From: Candidatus Woesearchaeota archaeon
Lineage (GTDB): Archaea > Nanobdellota > Nanobdellia > Woesearchaeales > GW2011-AR9
Assembly (NCBI GenBank): GCA_018696595.1
Contig: JABHQW010000008.1
Span: 224,001-288,000 of the forward strand
Direction: 5' to 3'
Length of the DNA: 64,000 nucleotides
Part shown: in pieces, positions 1 through 9,384 of the stretch
Layout: the number at the start of each line of letters is the position of its first letter
Position numbering within the stretch: position 1 is the stretch's first letter
Program-made: the position numbers and the translations under genes
Notes under the pieces: model-generated
What the model was told of the DNA's origin: nothing
Databases searched by the model: none
The model's input: only the letters and a program-made list of their open reading frames with translations

Positions 1-534
1 ATCTTTACCAGCTTGTAACTGTCCTAAAATGGGACCTGATAACTTTAACTTCTCAGCCTTACCTATATTGATTCTTAATCTTTCTTTCTCAATAAAACTA
101 AATCCGATACAATCAGCAGAATGTTTTAATGGTTCCGCTCTTAAAATAAAATCATCATTTTCAAAACAAATTCCGGATTTAACTTCTTTAACTTCATAAG
201 GGATAATATCTTTTGCTGCGAATGATTTAAACATATGTTCCAAATATTTTTTACTTCCTTTCGGACCATAAATATATAATTTCTTGGCAAATTGATCTGC
301 ACCCATAGAACTCATTAATCCTGGAATTCCAAACACGTGGTCTCCATGCCAGTGACTGATCAATAACCTAGTAATTTTTGCTGGTTTGATTCCAGTAAGA
401 CGCATTTGTCTTTGTACATTTTCTCCACAATCAAACAGAATATTTTCAGTTTTATATTTAAGCATAAAGCTAGGATGATTACGTTTCTTAGTTGGTTGCA
501 TACAACTTGTTCCCAGGAAAATTATTTCTACCAT
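1..534 (-). CDS. rnz: Ribonuclease Z (3' end runs off the window; not in ORF track)
   Basis: Manual translation MVEIIFLGTSCMQPTKKRNH...LFDCGE...ISHWHGDHVFG; metallo-beta-lactamase HxHxDH motif with RNase Z-type N-terminus. Confidence 0.9.
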   Translation of the reverse strand, partial: MVEIIFLGTSCMQPTKKRNHPSFMLKYKTENILFDCGENVQRQMRLTGIKPAKITRLLISHWHGDHVFGIPGLMSSMGADQFAKKLYIYGPKGSKKYLEHMFKSFAAKDIIPYEVKEVKSGICFENDDFILRAEPLKHSADCIGFSFIEKERLRINIGKAEKLKLSGPILGQLQAGKD

Positions 535-582
535 TATATTCTGTAATATATGGGTTCAGTTAATAAATTTAATGGAGAAAAA

Positions 583-936
583 TCAATTTCCTTTGTATCC
601 AAATTTCTGATCATACTCTTTATGGTTAATAATATCAAGAACAAAAGCAATTATTTCAATTTTACTTTCTCCGTCAGTTAGTGTATATAACATTCGCCAA
701 TAAGCAGGAAGTTCTACACGAAATAAATTTGCAACGTTGTAATTTATAACATATTCTTTTGGAATTAATTTTTTTGCAATCGGATCTCCAAAATGAGGAT
801 TATCTTTAATCAATTCAACTTTTTGATTTACAGATTTAAGAATCATTCGTTCTGTTTTTGAAGTGGATGCTTCTTTGTTAAGGTATTTGTAAATTTCTTC
901 TGCTTCGGGAGAAAGAACTAATCTTACTGTTTTCAT
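583..936 (-). CDS. Probable RelE/ParE-fold toxin of a type II TA pair
   Basis: 117 aa; RelE-like pattern (NPHFGDPI...LFRVEL...WRMLYTL...HKEY); 4-nt overlap with the small upstream gene. Confidence 0.6.
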   Translation of the reverse strand: MKTVRLVLSPEAEEIYKYLNKEASTSKTERMILKSVNQKVELIKDNPHFGDPIAKKLIPKEYVINYNVANLFRVELPAYWRMLYTLTDGESKIEIIAFVLDIINHKEYDQKFGYKGN

Positions 937-1193
937 AATTCTAAACCTTTAGCAATAGCTTTTTGTAATTTCTTATTGGGGTTATGAATCCAAGTAATGC
1001 CTTTCATGGTTACCAAGATTTTATTACTATATTCTAAATATTCTAAAATTCCTTTCAAAGTATTATGATTGACTTGTTTAGGTAACTTTCTTTTTAGTTC
1101 TGCAATCGTCATTACACTATCTTCAGAATTTTTGATAGTATCTTCTACCATTAATACAGTGTTTAATGTTGGGGAATGTTCCATTTGTAACAT
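933..1193 (-). CDS. Small winged-helix protein, probable antitoxin
   Basis: wHTH-like (TIAELKRKLPKQVNHNTLKGILEYLEYSNKI); ATG at 1193 follows a GGTGA SD; coupled to the toxin-like gene. Confidence 0.55.
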   Translation of the reverse strand: MLQMEHSPTLNTVLMVEDTIKNSEDSVMTIAELKRKLPKQVNHNTLKGILEYLEYSNKILVTMKGITWIHNPNKKLQKAIAKGLEL

Positions 1194-1312
1194 ATTTATC
1201 ACCTATTGTTATTAGTTGATAACTATTGTTTACTTACTGATATATAAAGATTTTGGTAATAAATCAAGAAAAATAATGATTTTTGGTTAACAAAAGGAGA
1301 ATATTGTTTTCA

Positions 1313-1951
1313 TTAAATATCTAACACACTATCTAACTCATGCAAACTTTTAATCTTGGGGTGATACTCCCTAGAATTTCTACGATCAATTAAAACAGAT
1401 TTCATGTCAATCTTTTTGGCAGCCATAATGTCTGACTGAATACTATCTCCAACCATTACGGCATCATCAACCGTTAAACCCAAATCAGATAACACGTGTT
1501 TAAAGAAATTTTTATCGGTTTTAATTAAACCCACTTCACAAGATAAATACGTTTTATCAAACAACTCTTCTAATTGAAATTTTTCCATTACTTGTTTAAT
1601 TGAAAAACAATCAGTGTTAGAAACTAAAATCACTTTATACTTTTTTCTTAACTCTGTTAAAATTTCTTTAACTTCTTTATAAGGTTGCGCAAGCATCCAG
1701 TTTTTGTTCCACATCCCTACAAGAGTTTCAATTTTATGGTTCTTAATTTCAATCTGAAATTCTTTACAAATATTTTCAAAAGATTGTTTCAAGTTTTCAA
1801 ACTTAGAAGTCATCATTGCTCGTTCCATCCTGACAACATATTCGGGGAATGGCAATTTAATCTCAAGGATGTTCTTCACTTGTTTAATCGGACTCCAGAC
1901 TCCGTTTTCTACTAAAGTTCCCCAGAAGTCGAATAGAATGGCTTTTGTCAT
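1313..1951 (-). CDS. HAD-superfamily hydrolase
   Basis: Motifs LFDFWGTL, SNT, K and VGDSIQSD. Confidence 0.9.
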   Translation of the reverse strand: MTKAILFDFWGTLVENGVWSPIKQVKNILEIKLPFPEYVVRMERAMMTSKFENLKQSFENICKEFQIEIKNHKIETLVGMWNKNWMLAQPYKEVKEILTELRKKYKVILVSNTDCFSIKQVMEKFQLEELFDKTYLSCEVGLIKTDKNFFKHVLSDLGLTVDDAVMVGDSIQSDIMAAKKIDMKSVLIDRRNSREYHPKIKSLHELDSVLDI

Positions 1952-2030
1952 CTAATAAACTAAATTAGCTTTAATCTATATATATTTTACTGAATTACAG
2001 ACGTTATTTAAACTAGAAATCACAAAAACG

Positions 2031-2038
2031 TTTATAAA
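2031..2038 (+). promoter_or_regulatory. Archaeal TATA box of tyrS (leaderless-type spacing)
   Basis: TTTATAAA ending 22 nt before the ATG at 2061, preceded by an A-rich BRE-like stretch. Confidence 0.55.
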
Positions 2039-2060
2039 TTCCACTCAATTCTTCTTTAAC

Positions 2061-3077
2061 ATGACACCAGAAGAGAAATTCGAACTGATCAAAAGAAATA
2101 CACAAGAAATTGTTACAGAAGAAGAAATGCTTGCTTTATTAAAGAAAAAGAAGCAACCAGCAATTTATTTAGGTACTGCAGTTACTGGCAGACCACACAT
2201 TGGATATTTTGTTTGGGTTCTTAAAATGGCAGATTTTCTTAAAGCTGGATTCAAAGTAAAATTATTATTAGCAGATATGCATGGTGCTTTAGATAATTGT
2301 CCTTGGGATGTTTTAGAAAAAAGGTTTAATTATTATTCAACTGTAATTCCATTAATGTTTAAAGCAATTGGTGCAGACATTAAAAACTTTCAAATCGTTA
2401 AAGGATCCTCTTTCCAATTAAAAAAAGAATACACTTTAGATTTGTTAAAAATGTCTACCTTCGCTTCTATTAACGATGCTAAACGAGCAGCTTCAGAAGT
2501 TGTTAAGTTTGGTAACAACCCTAAACTATCTGGTTTGATTTATCCGTTAATGCAAGCTTTAGATGAAGAATATTTGAAAGTAGATGTTCAATATGGGGGA
2601 GTAGATCAAAGAAAAATTTTAATGTTTGCTCGTGAAAATTTGCCCAAAATTGGTTACAAACCAAGAGTTGAAGTAATGACGCCTTTACTGCCGGGATTAA
2701 CTGGTAAGAAAATGTCCGCTTCAGATTTAAAATCTAAAATTGATTTATTAGATACTAATAAGGAAGTTGAAGATAAGTTGAAGAAAGCTTTCTGTGAAGA
2801 AGGTGTTGTTGAAGAAAATGGCGTTTTGGCCTTTTTGAAACATGTGGTTATGGTTCTTAAACAAGATGCGGGGAAGAAATTTGTAATTGATCGGCCAGAA
2901 AAGTTTGGTGGTAAATTAGAATTCTCTACTTATGAAGAAATTGAGAAAGTTTTCGTTAAGAAAGAATTACATCCATTAGATCTGAAAATTGCTTTGGCTA
3001 AAGAAGTCAATAATCTTCTGAAAGTGTTTAAGGATAAGAAACTGGAAAAGATCTCTAAAGACGGTTATGGTGAATGA
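2061..3077 (+). CDS. tyrS: Tyrosyl-tRNA synthetase (archaeal type)
   Basis: HIGY, YPLMQALD, GGVDQRKI, KMSAS, LHPLDLK. Confidence 0.95.
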   Translation: MTPEEKFELIKRNTQEIVTEEEMLALLKKKKQPAIYLGTAVTGRPHIGYFVWVLKMADFLKAGFKVKLLLADMHGALDNCPWDVLEKRFNYYSTVIPLMFKAIGADIKNFQIVKGSSFQLKKEYTLDLLKMSTFASINDAKRAASEVVKFGNNPKLSGLIYPLMQALDEEYLKVDVQYGGVDQRKILMFARENLPKIGYKPRVEVMTPLLPGLTGKKMSASDLKSKIDLLDTNKEVEDKLKKAFCEEGVVEENGVLAFLKHVVMVLKQDAGKKFVIDRPEKFGGKLEFSTYEEIEKVFVKKELHPLDLKIALAKEVNNLLKVFKDKKLEKISKDGYGE

Positions 3078-3086
3078 TTTATTTAT

Positions 3087-4289
3087 TCACTTCCCTTCTA
3101 ACACAACCAAGGTATGATAATTAAAATACTTGTTAATCACTCTTCTAACATCAGCAATAGTAACCTCTTTGATCTTCTTGATATAAGAATTCATCAAATC
3201 TACAGATTTAACCTGTTCCCAATAAACTATTTGATCTGCAACTTTCTGAGGGTCTTCAATATCTAATAAATAATCTCCTTCGATATAATCTTTAGCTTCT
3301 TTTAAATCGATAGTATTAATTTTTTTCAATTTTTCAATCTCTGCAAAAATCATTTTTTTAACTAAAGGAAGATTCTTTTTGTCAATCGTAGCGTAAACTG
3401 CAAAGTAACCATAAGTTGAATCATTCAAGTTTTGTGTTCCCACATCATAAGCTAATCCTTTTTTGCCACGAATCTCTGTAAACATTCTTCCACTTTGACC
3501 ACGGCCAAGAATTCCATTGATCACATCTAAGATATAACTGTCTGGATGGCTTCTAGGAATTGTTTTAAATCCCATTGCTGCATAAGTACTAGCAATCTTG
3601 CGTTTTTCTTTTTTCAAAGTGTTAGATTTAGCTACTGGTTCATTTACTTTTTTCAAAGTTACATCTTTTCCTTTTTCAAAAACAAATTTGTCTTCCAATT
3701 CTTTTTTCCATCCTTTAACGTCCCCAACTACAGAAATGATCATGTTATTTGGAACGTAATATCTGTTAAAATAATCCATTACTTTTTCTCTATTTAGGTT
3801 CTTAATAACATTCTTAGAACCATAAACTGGATTTTTGCTGGGGTGTTTCTTGAAAATTGTTCTTTGTAATAAATCCCATTGATAATATCTTGGTTCATCA
3901 TGAACCAAATCAATTTCTTTAATTACAATATTTTTTTCTTTATCTAAATCCTTAGGGTCAAATAAAGAGTTTTGTAAAATATCTGATAAAACATCTACTC
4001 CTTTAGTGAAATGTTTCTTTAAAACTTTAACATAAAAGCAAGTTCTTTCATTGGTAGTGTAAGCGTTAAACTCTCCGCCAATTTTTTCAATTTCGTTAGA
4101 TATTAACCAGTTATTAGGTCTCTTCTTAGTACCTTCAAAAACCATATGTTCAATGAAATGAGAAATACCTCTTTCGGTCTCAGTTTCGTTATTACTGCCT
4201 ACTTTAACCATTACTTCAATAACTACAGCATTACTCTTATTTTGCTGAAAATATACAGTTAAACCGTTATCTAACACTACCTTTTTCAT
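3087..4289 (-). CDS. M16-family zinc peptidase
   Basis: Inverted zincin HFIEH and NAYT motifs. Confidence 0.9.
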   Translation of the reverse strand: MKKVVLDNGLTVYFQQNKSNAVVIEVMVKVGSNNETETERGISHFIEHMVFEGTKKRPNNWLISNEIEKIGGEFNAYTTNERTCFYVKVLKKHFTKGVDVLSDILQNSLFDPKDLDKEKNIVIKEIDLVHDEPRYYQWDLLQRTIFKKHPSKNPVYGSKNVIKNLNREKVMDYFNRYYVPNNMIISVVGDVKGWKKELEDKFVFEKGKDVTLKKVNEPVAKSNTLKKEKRKIASTYAAMGFKTIPRSHPDSYILDVINGILGRGQSGRMFTEIRGKKGLAYDVGTQNLNDSTYGYFAVYATIDKKNLPLVKKMIFAEIEKLKKINTIDLKEAKDYIEGDYLLDIEDPQKVADQIVYWEQVKSVDLMNSYIKKIKEVTIADVRRVINKYFNYHTLVVLEGK

Positions 4290-4351
4290 ATATAATAGTA
4301 TATATTTAAGGTTTATAAATGATTTGGTGAAGTGTAATAAAAAGAAGATTT

Positions 4352-4618
4352 TTATTCGAAATATCTGGTGTCCATTTCATTTGAATCTGCTTCAATTATA
4401 ACATCACATCCATAAATGCTTTGTGAAGAATTTGGCGTATAAATTGTTGCAGGATTAACATTTTTTATTATTGCTGTTTCTGGAATTGTTGCAAATTGAT
4501 CTTTGATATAAAAATAACTGGTGGCTAACGAAAGTGTTGCTAATACTCCAATAAAGGTATAAAATTTCCCCAATCCAGAACTAACTCTTTTTTCTAAAGG
4601 TTCGTTTTTTCCATTCAT
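4352..4618 (-). CDS. Small single-TM hypothetical protein
   Basis: 88-aa ORF with one hydrophobic segment. Confidence 0.5.
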   Translation of the reverse strand: MNGKNEPLEKRVSSGLGKFYTFIGVLATLSLATSYFYIKDQFATIPETAIIKNVNPATIYTPNSSQSIYGCDVIIEADSNEMDTRYFE

Positions 4619-4713
4619 AAATATTATTTATTATTTCACCTTTATATTTATTTCTCCATTAAAGAATATAAAAAAGACAAAGTTTTTAACTTAAACCTCC
4701 ATTACAAAACAAC

Positions 4714-5745
4714 ATGAAACTAAAACAGTTCCAATCATACTTAAAAAAACAGAAAATTGACTTAGCAATTCTTAATGAGTCAGACGTAAATACGACTTAT
4801 TTTACCCAAATTAAGCCCAGTTATTCATTATTATTGATTGGACAAAGAACCGCTAACTTATATTTAACAAAATTAGATAAAATTCCAGATTTAAAAGAGT
4901 TCAAAGTTAAAGTTTTAGAAAAAGGTTGGGAAAAGAAACTTAACAAAAATGTAAAAAGAATTGGTTTAAATTATGCTTCTGTAACAATGAATGGTTCTAG
5001 AAGAATTAAAAGATTATTTCCAAAAGCTAAATTTAGTGACATTTCTAAACAATTGAACAAATTAAGAACAACTAAAACAGAGCAAGAATGTAAGTGCATT
5101 AATCAAGCTTGTAAAATAACTGACTATGCGTTTAGTGAAATGTTAAAAAACATAAGAAAACTAAAAACAGAACAACAAGTAGCAGACTTTATTGACAGAA
5201 AATTCAAAGAAAAAGGAGCAGAATCAGCATTTCCAACAATTGTCGCTATGGGGAAGAATGCTGCAGTCCCTCACCATTTAACTTCTAATCAGAAACTTAA
5301 ACGAGGATTCTTATTATTAGATTTCGGTGCCAAGTATAAATATTACTGTGCAGATATGTCGAGAACTATTTTTTTAGGCACTCCTAAAAAACAAGAAATT
5401 GAAATGTATAACCTATTATTAAATGCTCAAGAACAAGCAATTAAGGAATCAAGCCAAGTTAAAACATTTTTTGAATTAGATCAATTAGTAAGAAAACAAT
5501 TAGGGAAATATTCTTCTCACTTTATTCATTCATTGGGACATGGCTTAGGGTTAGAAATCCATGAAAGTCCTTCATATATTAAAGAATCTAAGCAAGAAAT
5601 CAAGCCGGGACATGTATTTACAATCGAACCAGGAGTCTATTTTCCGGGCAAATTTGGCATCAGGATTGAAGATACTGTTATTTATAATGATAAAGTTAAG
5701 GTTTTGACCAAAAGTAAGAAAGAATTGGTTTGTGTTAAAATCTAA
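4714..5745 (+). CDS. pepQ: Xaa-Pro aminopeptidase/prolidase (M24B)
   Basis: LLDFGA, ADMSRT, HSLGHGLGLEIHE, TIEPGVY, GIRIED. Confidence 0.9.
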   Translation: MKLKQFQSYLKKQKIDLAILNESDVNTTYFTQIKPSYSLLLIGQRTANLYLTKLDKIPDLKEFKVKVLEKGWEKKLNKNVKRIGLNYASVTMNGSRRIKRLFPKAKFSDISKQLNKLRTTKTEQECKCINQACKITDYAFSEMLKNIRKLKTEQQVADFIDRKFKEKGAESAFPTIVAMGKNAAVPHHLTSNQKLKRGFLLLDFGAKYKYYCADMSRTIFLGTPKKQEIEMYNLLLNAQEQAIKESSQVKTFFELDQLVRKQLGKYSSHFIHSLGHGLGLEIHESPSYIKESKQEIKPGHVFTIEPGVYFPGKFGIRIEDTVIYNDKVKVLTKSKKELVCVKI

Positions 5746-5807
5746 CTTTTAAACCAAAAGCTTTTAAAATAAACCCAAATATAACATAACATTTATAAAT
5801 ACACAGC

Positions 5808-5882
5808 GGGGCTGTAGTGTAGCTTGGTCTAGCATTGGGCGTTTGGGACGCTTAGACCCCAGTTCAAATCTGGGCAGCCCCA
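5808..5882 (+). tRNA. tRNA-Pro(TGG), no intron, CCA not encoded
   Basis: Acceptor stem GGGGCTG/CAGCCCC, discriminator A, anticodon loop TTTGGGA, T-loop GTTCAAATC. Confidence 0.95.
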
Positions 5883-5912
5883 CTTATATTCAATTACAAG
5901 GAGAAATTAAAC

Positions 5913-6104
5913 ATGCCAACAAAAAGATTTGGAGCCCGATATGGGAGAAAACCGAGAAAGAAACTAACTAAAGTTGAATCTCAATATAAAGGTAAACAGA
6001 AATGTCCTTACTGTAACAAGGAAGGTATAAAGAGAGTTGCTATTGGGATTTGGCAATGTAGGAAATGCGAAGTAAAGTTTGCCGGTAGGGCGTATACTAT
6101 CTAA
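5913..6104 (+). CDS. rpl37ae: Ribosomal protein L37Ae (eL43)
   Basis: RFGARYG, CPYC...GIWQCRKC...FAGRAY. Confidence 0.95.
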   Translation: MPTKRFGARYGRKPRKKLTKVESQYKGKQKCPYCNKEGIKRVAIGIWQCRKCEVKFAGRAYTI

Positions 6105-6118
6105 AAGGTGCTTAAAAA

Positions 6119-6253
6119 ATGTATTATGTCTGTTTTGATTGTGGAAAGAAAGTTAATGATGAATATCTTGGAACTAAAGTAAGATGCCCATACTGTGGCG
6201 GAAAAGTTCTTTACAAAGATAGAAGAACCGTCAATAAAATAAAGGCACGATAA
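6119..6253 (+). CDS. rpoP: RNA polymerase subunit P (Rpo12); not in ORF track
   Basis: Manual translation MYYVCFDCGKKVNDEYLGTKVRCPYCGGKVLYKDRRTVNKIKAR (44 aa); SD AAGGTG; conserved rpl37ae-rpoP-pfdB order. Confidence 0.92.
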   Translation: MYYVCFDCGKKVNDEYLGTKVRCPYCGGKVLYKDRRTVNKIKAR

Positions 6254-6254
6254 A

Positions 6255-6581
6255 ATGTCTGAAAAAGTTCAACAAATACAAATTCTTCAACAGAATTTAC
6301 AACAGCTCGGGATGCAAAAACAGCAAGTTCAATCTCAGTTAATCGAAAGCGAATCTGCAATAAAAGAATTAGAGTCTACTTCTCAAGCTTATAAAATTGT
6401 TGGGAAGATTATGATTGCTTCTAATAAAGAAGATTTGATTAAAGATCTTGAAGAGAAGAAACAAACTAACGAAGCTCGTCTGAAAACGTTTATTGAGCAA
6501 GAAAATACTCTTAAACAAAATATTGAATCTTTACAGCAAGAAATTGTTTCTGAGATGAAAAAAGATAAAGAAGAAAATTAA
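6255..6581 (+). CDS. pfdB: Prefoldin beta subunit
   Basis: Coiled coil / AYKIVGKIMI beta hairpin / coiled coil; synteny. Confidence 0.9.
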   Translation: MSEKVQQIQILQQNLQQLGMQKQQVQSQLIESESAIKELESTSQAYKIVGKIMIASNKEDLIKDLEEKKQTNEARLKTFIEQENTLKQNIESLQQEIVSEMKKDKEEN

Positions 6582-6711
6582 TCATTTTAGCAACCTTGTC
6601 AAAGGAGGCGATTTTTCTAATTTTTTTAAATAAATAGTACGAAACAAAGTGTAGTGGCCAAAATACAATTAGAAAAATAATAAACGCCGTGCAGGTTGCT
6701 AAATTAATCAT
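6511..6711 (-). CDS. Possible small membrane protein
   Basis: Start overlaps the MscS stop and the N-terminus is hydrophobic, but it overlaps pfdB by 71 nt. Confidence 0.3.
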   Translation of the reverse strand: MINLATCTAFIIFLIVFWPLHFVSYYLFKKIRKIASFDKVAKMINFLLYLFSSQKQFLAVKIQYFV

Positions 6712-7261
6712 TACTTTTTCTTAATTTAAATTTTGATTTTAAAAATAAATTGTTAGGAACATAAAGAATATCTCCACTATCAGTTTTAATTTCTGTTTCT
6801 AAATAACCAATCTTTTCAACTCTACCAGAAATTTCTTTTACTTCTACTCTTCGTCCTTCTTTAATTTGTCCTTTTCTTAAAATGTAAATCCAACCAATTA
6901 AATTAGGAATAACGTCTTTTAAACCCACTAAGAAAGTAAGTATAATTAACATTAAAACCGCCCCTAGGACTAAGTAAAGCACGATTGAAGTGATTCCAAG
7001 ATGATTTAAGAAAACTACAATAAAGACCAAATAGATTACCCATGAAATAATGTTACTTACCCATTTATCGATATTTTGTGTGATTCCTACTTTTCCTAGT
7101 AATTTATTTAGTTCAATTTCTCTTAGTAATCTATATACTAATTTCTGAGCTAAGATACCTAAACCAAAGCCAGCGATTAAAATTACTATTCCTACAATGA
7201 TTGTGTAAATGTATGATTGAGCTGTTTGAACAACCCCACTTACACCTGTTGCATTAACCAT
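6704..7261 (-). CDS. MscS-family mechanosensitive channel (short form)
   Basis: Three TM segments, then GRVEKIGYLETEIKTDSGDILYVPN. Confidence 0.85.
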   Translation of the reverse strand: MVNATGVSGVVQTAQSYIYTIIVGIVILIAGFGLGILAQKLVYRLLREIELNKLLGKVGITQNIDKWVSNIISWVIYLVFIVVFLNHLGITSIVLYLVLGAVLMLIILTFLVGLKDVIPNLIGWIYILRKGQIKEGRRVEVKEISGRVEKIGYLETEIKTDSGDILYVPNNLFLKSKFKLRKSND

Positions 7262-7340
7262 AATCTTCTAAGCACTTCTTTCATTTATAAAAATTGCGAA
7301 AAACTATATAAAGCAGACTAAGATTGTACCATTTAGTATT

Positions 7341-8438
7341 ATGGTTGATTACAATAAGAAAATCAAGGAATTGCAGGATGAGTTAAAGAAAACCAAGTAC
7401 AATAAGGCTACTCAAGGCCATATTGGGATAGTTAAAGCTAAAATTGCTCAGCTTAAAGAAAAACAAGAATCTCGTGTTTCTAAAAAAACTGGAAAATCTG
7501 AACATGGTTATACTGTTAGAAAGTCCGGTGATGGGACTGTTTTATTATTAGGATTTCCTTCTGCGGGAAAGTCCACATTATTAAACGCATTAACTGGAGC
7601 AGATTCTGAAGTTGGTGCTTATGAATTTACAACTTTATCTGTCGTTCCAGGAATGATGGAATATAAACAAGCTAAGATTCAGATCTTAGATGTTCCTGGA
7701 ATTGTTTCTGGAGCAGCTTCTGGTAAGGGGAGAGGAAAAGAAGTTCTTACAGTTATTCAAAACGCTGATTTGGTTCTTATTGTTATTGATGTTAATCATC
7801 CTGAACATTATCCTGCGATATTAAGAGAAGTTTGGGAATCTCGAATTCGTCTTAATAAAAAGAAACCACAAGTTTGGATTAAGAAAAAAGCTCAAGGTGG
7901 AATCCAAATAGGAAAAACTGTTGAGTTAAATGTTGATGATGAAACAATTAAAAAAGTTCTTCGCGAATTTAAGTTAGTTAATGCCGAAGTGTTAATAAGA
8001 AGTCCAATTGATATTGATGATTTTATTGATTGTATTGAAGGAAATAAAAAATATGTGCACTCATTAACTTGCGTTAGTAAAGTTGATTTAGCCTCTGCTT
8101 CTAAAGTTAGTAAGGTAAAAAAAGAATTGAATGCTGACTTATTAGTTTCTGCAGAAGATGGATTAAACATTAATCAGTTGAGAGAAATGATTTTTCAAAA
8201 ATTAGATTTTATTAGAATTTATATGAAAGAACCCCGTAAAGAAGCAGACATGAAAGAACCAATGATTATCTATCGCGGAGCAACTATAAGGGATGTTTGT
8301 TCAAAGACGCATAAAGATTTTGTAAAGAAATTTAGGTTTGCTCGAGTGTGGGGAAAGTCCGCTAAACATCCAGCACAGAAAGTATCTTTAAGACATAAAC
8401 TTCAAGATGAAGATATTCTAGAATTGCATTTGGATTAA
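7341..8438 (+). CDS. drg: DRG/OBG-family GTPase with TGS domain
   Basis: GFPSAGKS, YEFTT, DVPG, GRGKEVL, C-terminal TGS (VWGKSAKH...DEDIL). Confidence 0.92.
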   Translation: MVDYNKKIKELQDELKKTKYNKATQGHIGIVKAKIAQLKEKQESRVSKKTGKSEHGYTVRKSGDGTVLLLGFPSAGKSTLLNALTGADSEVGAYEFTTLSVVPGMMEYKQAKIQILDVPGIVSGAASGKGRGKEVLTVIQNADLVLIVIDVNHPEHYPAILREVWESRIRLNKKKPQVWIKKKAQGGIQIGKTVELNVDDETIKKVLREFKLVNAEVLIRSPIDIDDFIDCIEGNKKYVHSLTCVSKVDLASASKVSKVKKELNADLLVSAEDGLNINQLREMIFQKLDFIRIYMKEPRKEADMKEPMIIYRGATIRDVCSKTHKDFVKKFRFARVWGKSAKHPAQKVSLRHKLQDEDILELHLD

Positions 8439-8439
8439 A

Positions 8440-9333
8440 TCATAAACTATCAATCCAGTCTTTCTTTAATTTAAAACCATTCTTTCTAGCTAATTTAGAA
8501 ATCGCTTTATCGAAACAACTCCCGTATTGAGCAGCTTTCTTTTTTCGCCAAGCGAATTCTCCCAAAAAATCTTCGGCAATCTCTCTCAGAATAACCTTCT
8601 TCTTTTCTTCTACAATTTTCCAATCTCCCGGAAGTTTCATTGCATATTCAATTAAATCTTTGTCCAAGAAAGGTGTTTTTATTTGAATGTTAAGTTCTTT
8701 AGCTAGATTAAAATCTCTAACTAAATCTCGGTCCCACATATATTTTAATCCCTGCCAACATTCATGATTGATGTTAGCAACTTTATCGTGTCGGTCATAA
8801 CCAGCAAAAATCTCTTCTGAACCTAATCCACCAAGAAAGTAATTAATATTATCTTTTATTCCTAATTCTGCTGCCGCCATAACTACTGCACCAACACCAA
8901 TATTAACTACATCGGTTTTGTTTACTAGTTTTAGAATTGCTACTGTTTTCTTAATAATTTCTTCGGCTTCTTCTAAATTATAAACTTTAAACTTCAAATT
9001 GAGGTTTAATTTCTTGGCAACTTTCTGAGCTTCGATAATATCTTCTGGTTCTTTAGTAATGTCATCTTGAAATCCAACGGCGTAACAAGTAAAATCCTTA
9101 TGAAATATTTTTGCAACTGCCGCAATGAAAGAACTGTCTACTCCGCCTGAGAAAAAAATACCAAACTTTCCTTCTGGTAATCTTGACTTAACTGCTTGAA
9201 GTAATTTTTCTCTTAGAACTTTTTTTGCTTCTGATTTGTCAGCAATAGTTTCTTTTGTATGAAAAGTATCAATCAACTTACCCCAATCTACTTTGTGGAT
9301 TAATTCATTGTTTTGGATAAAGATTTCTTTCAT
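8440..9333 (-). CDS. Asparagine-synthase-like ATP pyrophosphatase domain, no glutaminase domain
   Basis: FSGGVDSS PP-loop, GLGSEEIFAGY, PFLD, RKKKAAQYGS. Confidence 0.8.
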   Translation of the reverse strand: MKEIFIQNNELIHKVDWGKLIDTFHTKETIADKSEAKKVLREKLLQAVKSRLPEGKFGIFFSGGVDSSFIAAVAKIFHKDFTCYAVGFQDDITKEPEDIIEAQKVAKKLNLNLKFKVYNLEEAEEIIKKTVAILKLVNKTDVVNIGVGAVVMAAAELGIKDNINYFLGGLGSEEIFAGYDRHDKVANINHECWQGLKYMWDRDLVRDFNLAKELNIQIKTPFLDKDLIEYAMKLPGDWKIVEEKKKVILREIAEDFLGEFAWRKKKAAQYGSCFDKAISKLARKNGFKLKKDWIDSL

Positions 9334-9384
9334 GGTTCTATAATTTCCTATAAATTTATAAAATATTGCACTAAAAAGAACATT

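Noticed and set aside
5792-5799. TATA box giving a leaderless tRNA-Pro (RNase P-independent)
   Set aside because: It ends only 8 nt before the tRNA, too close for the 22-nt spacing seen elsewhere; the upstream TTTTAAAA at ~5762 implies a normal leader
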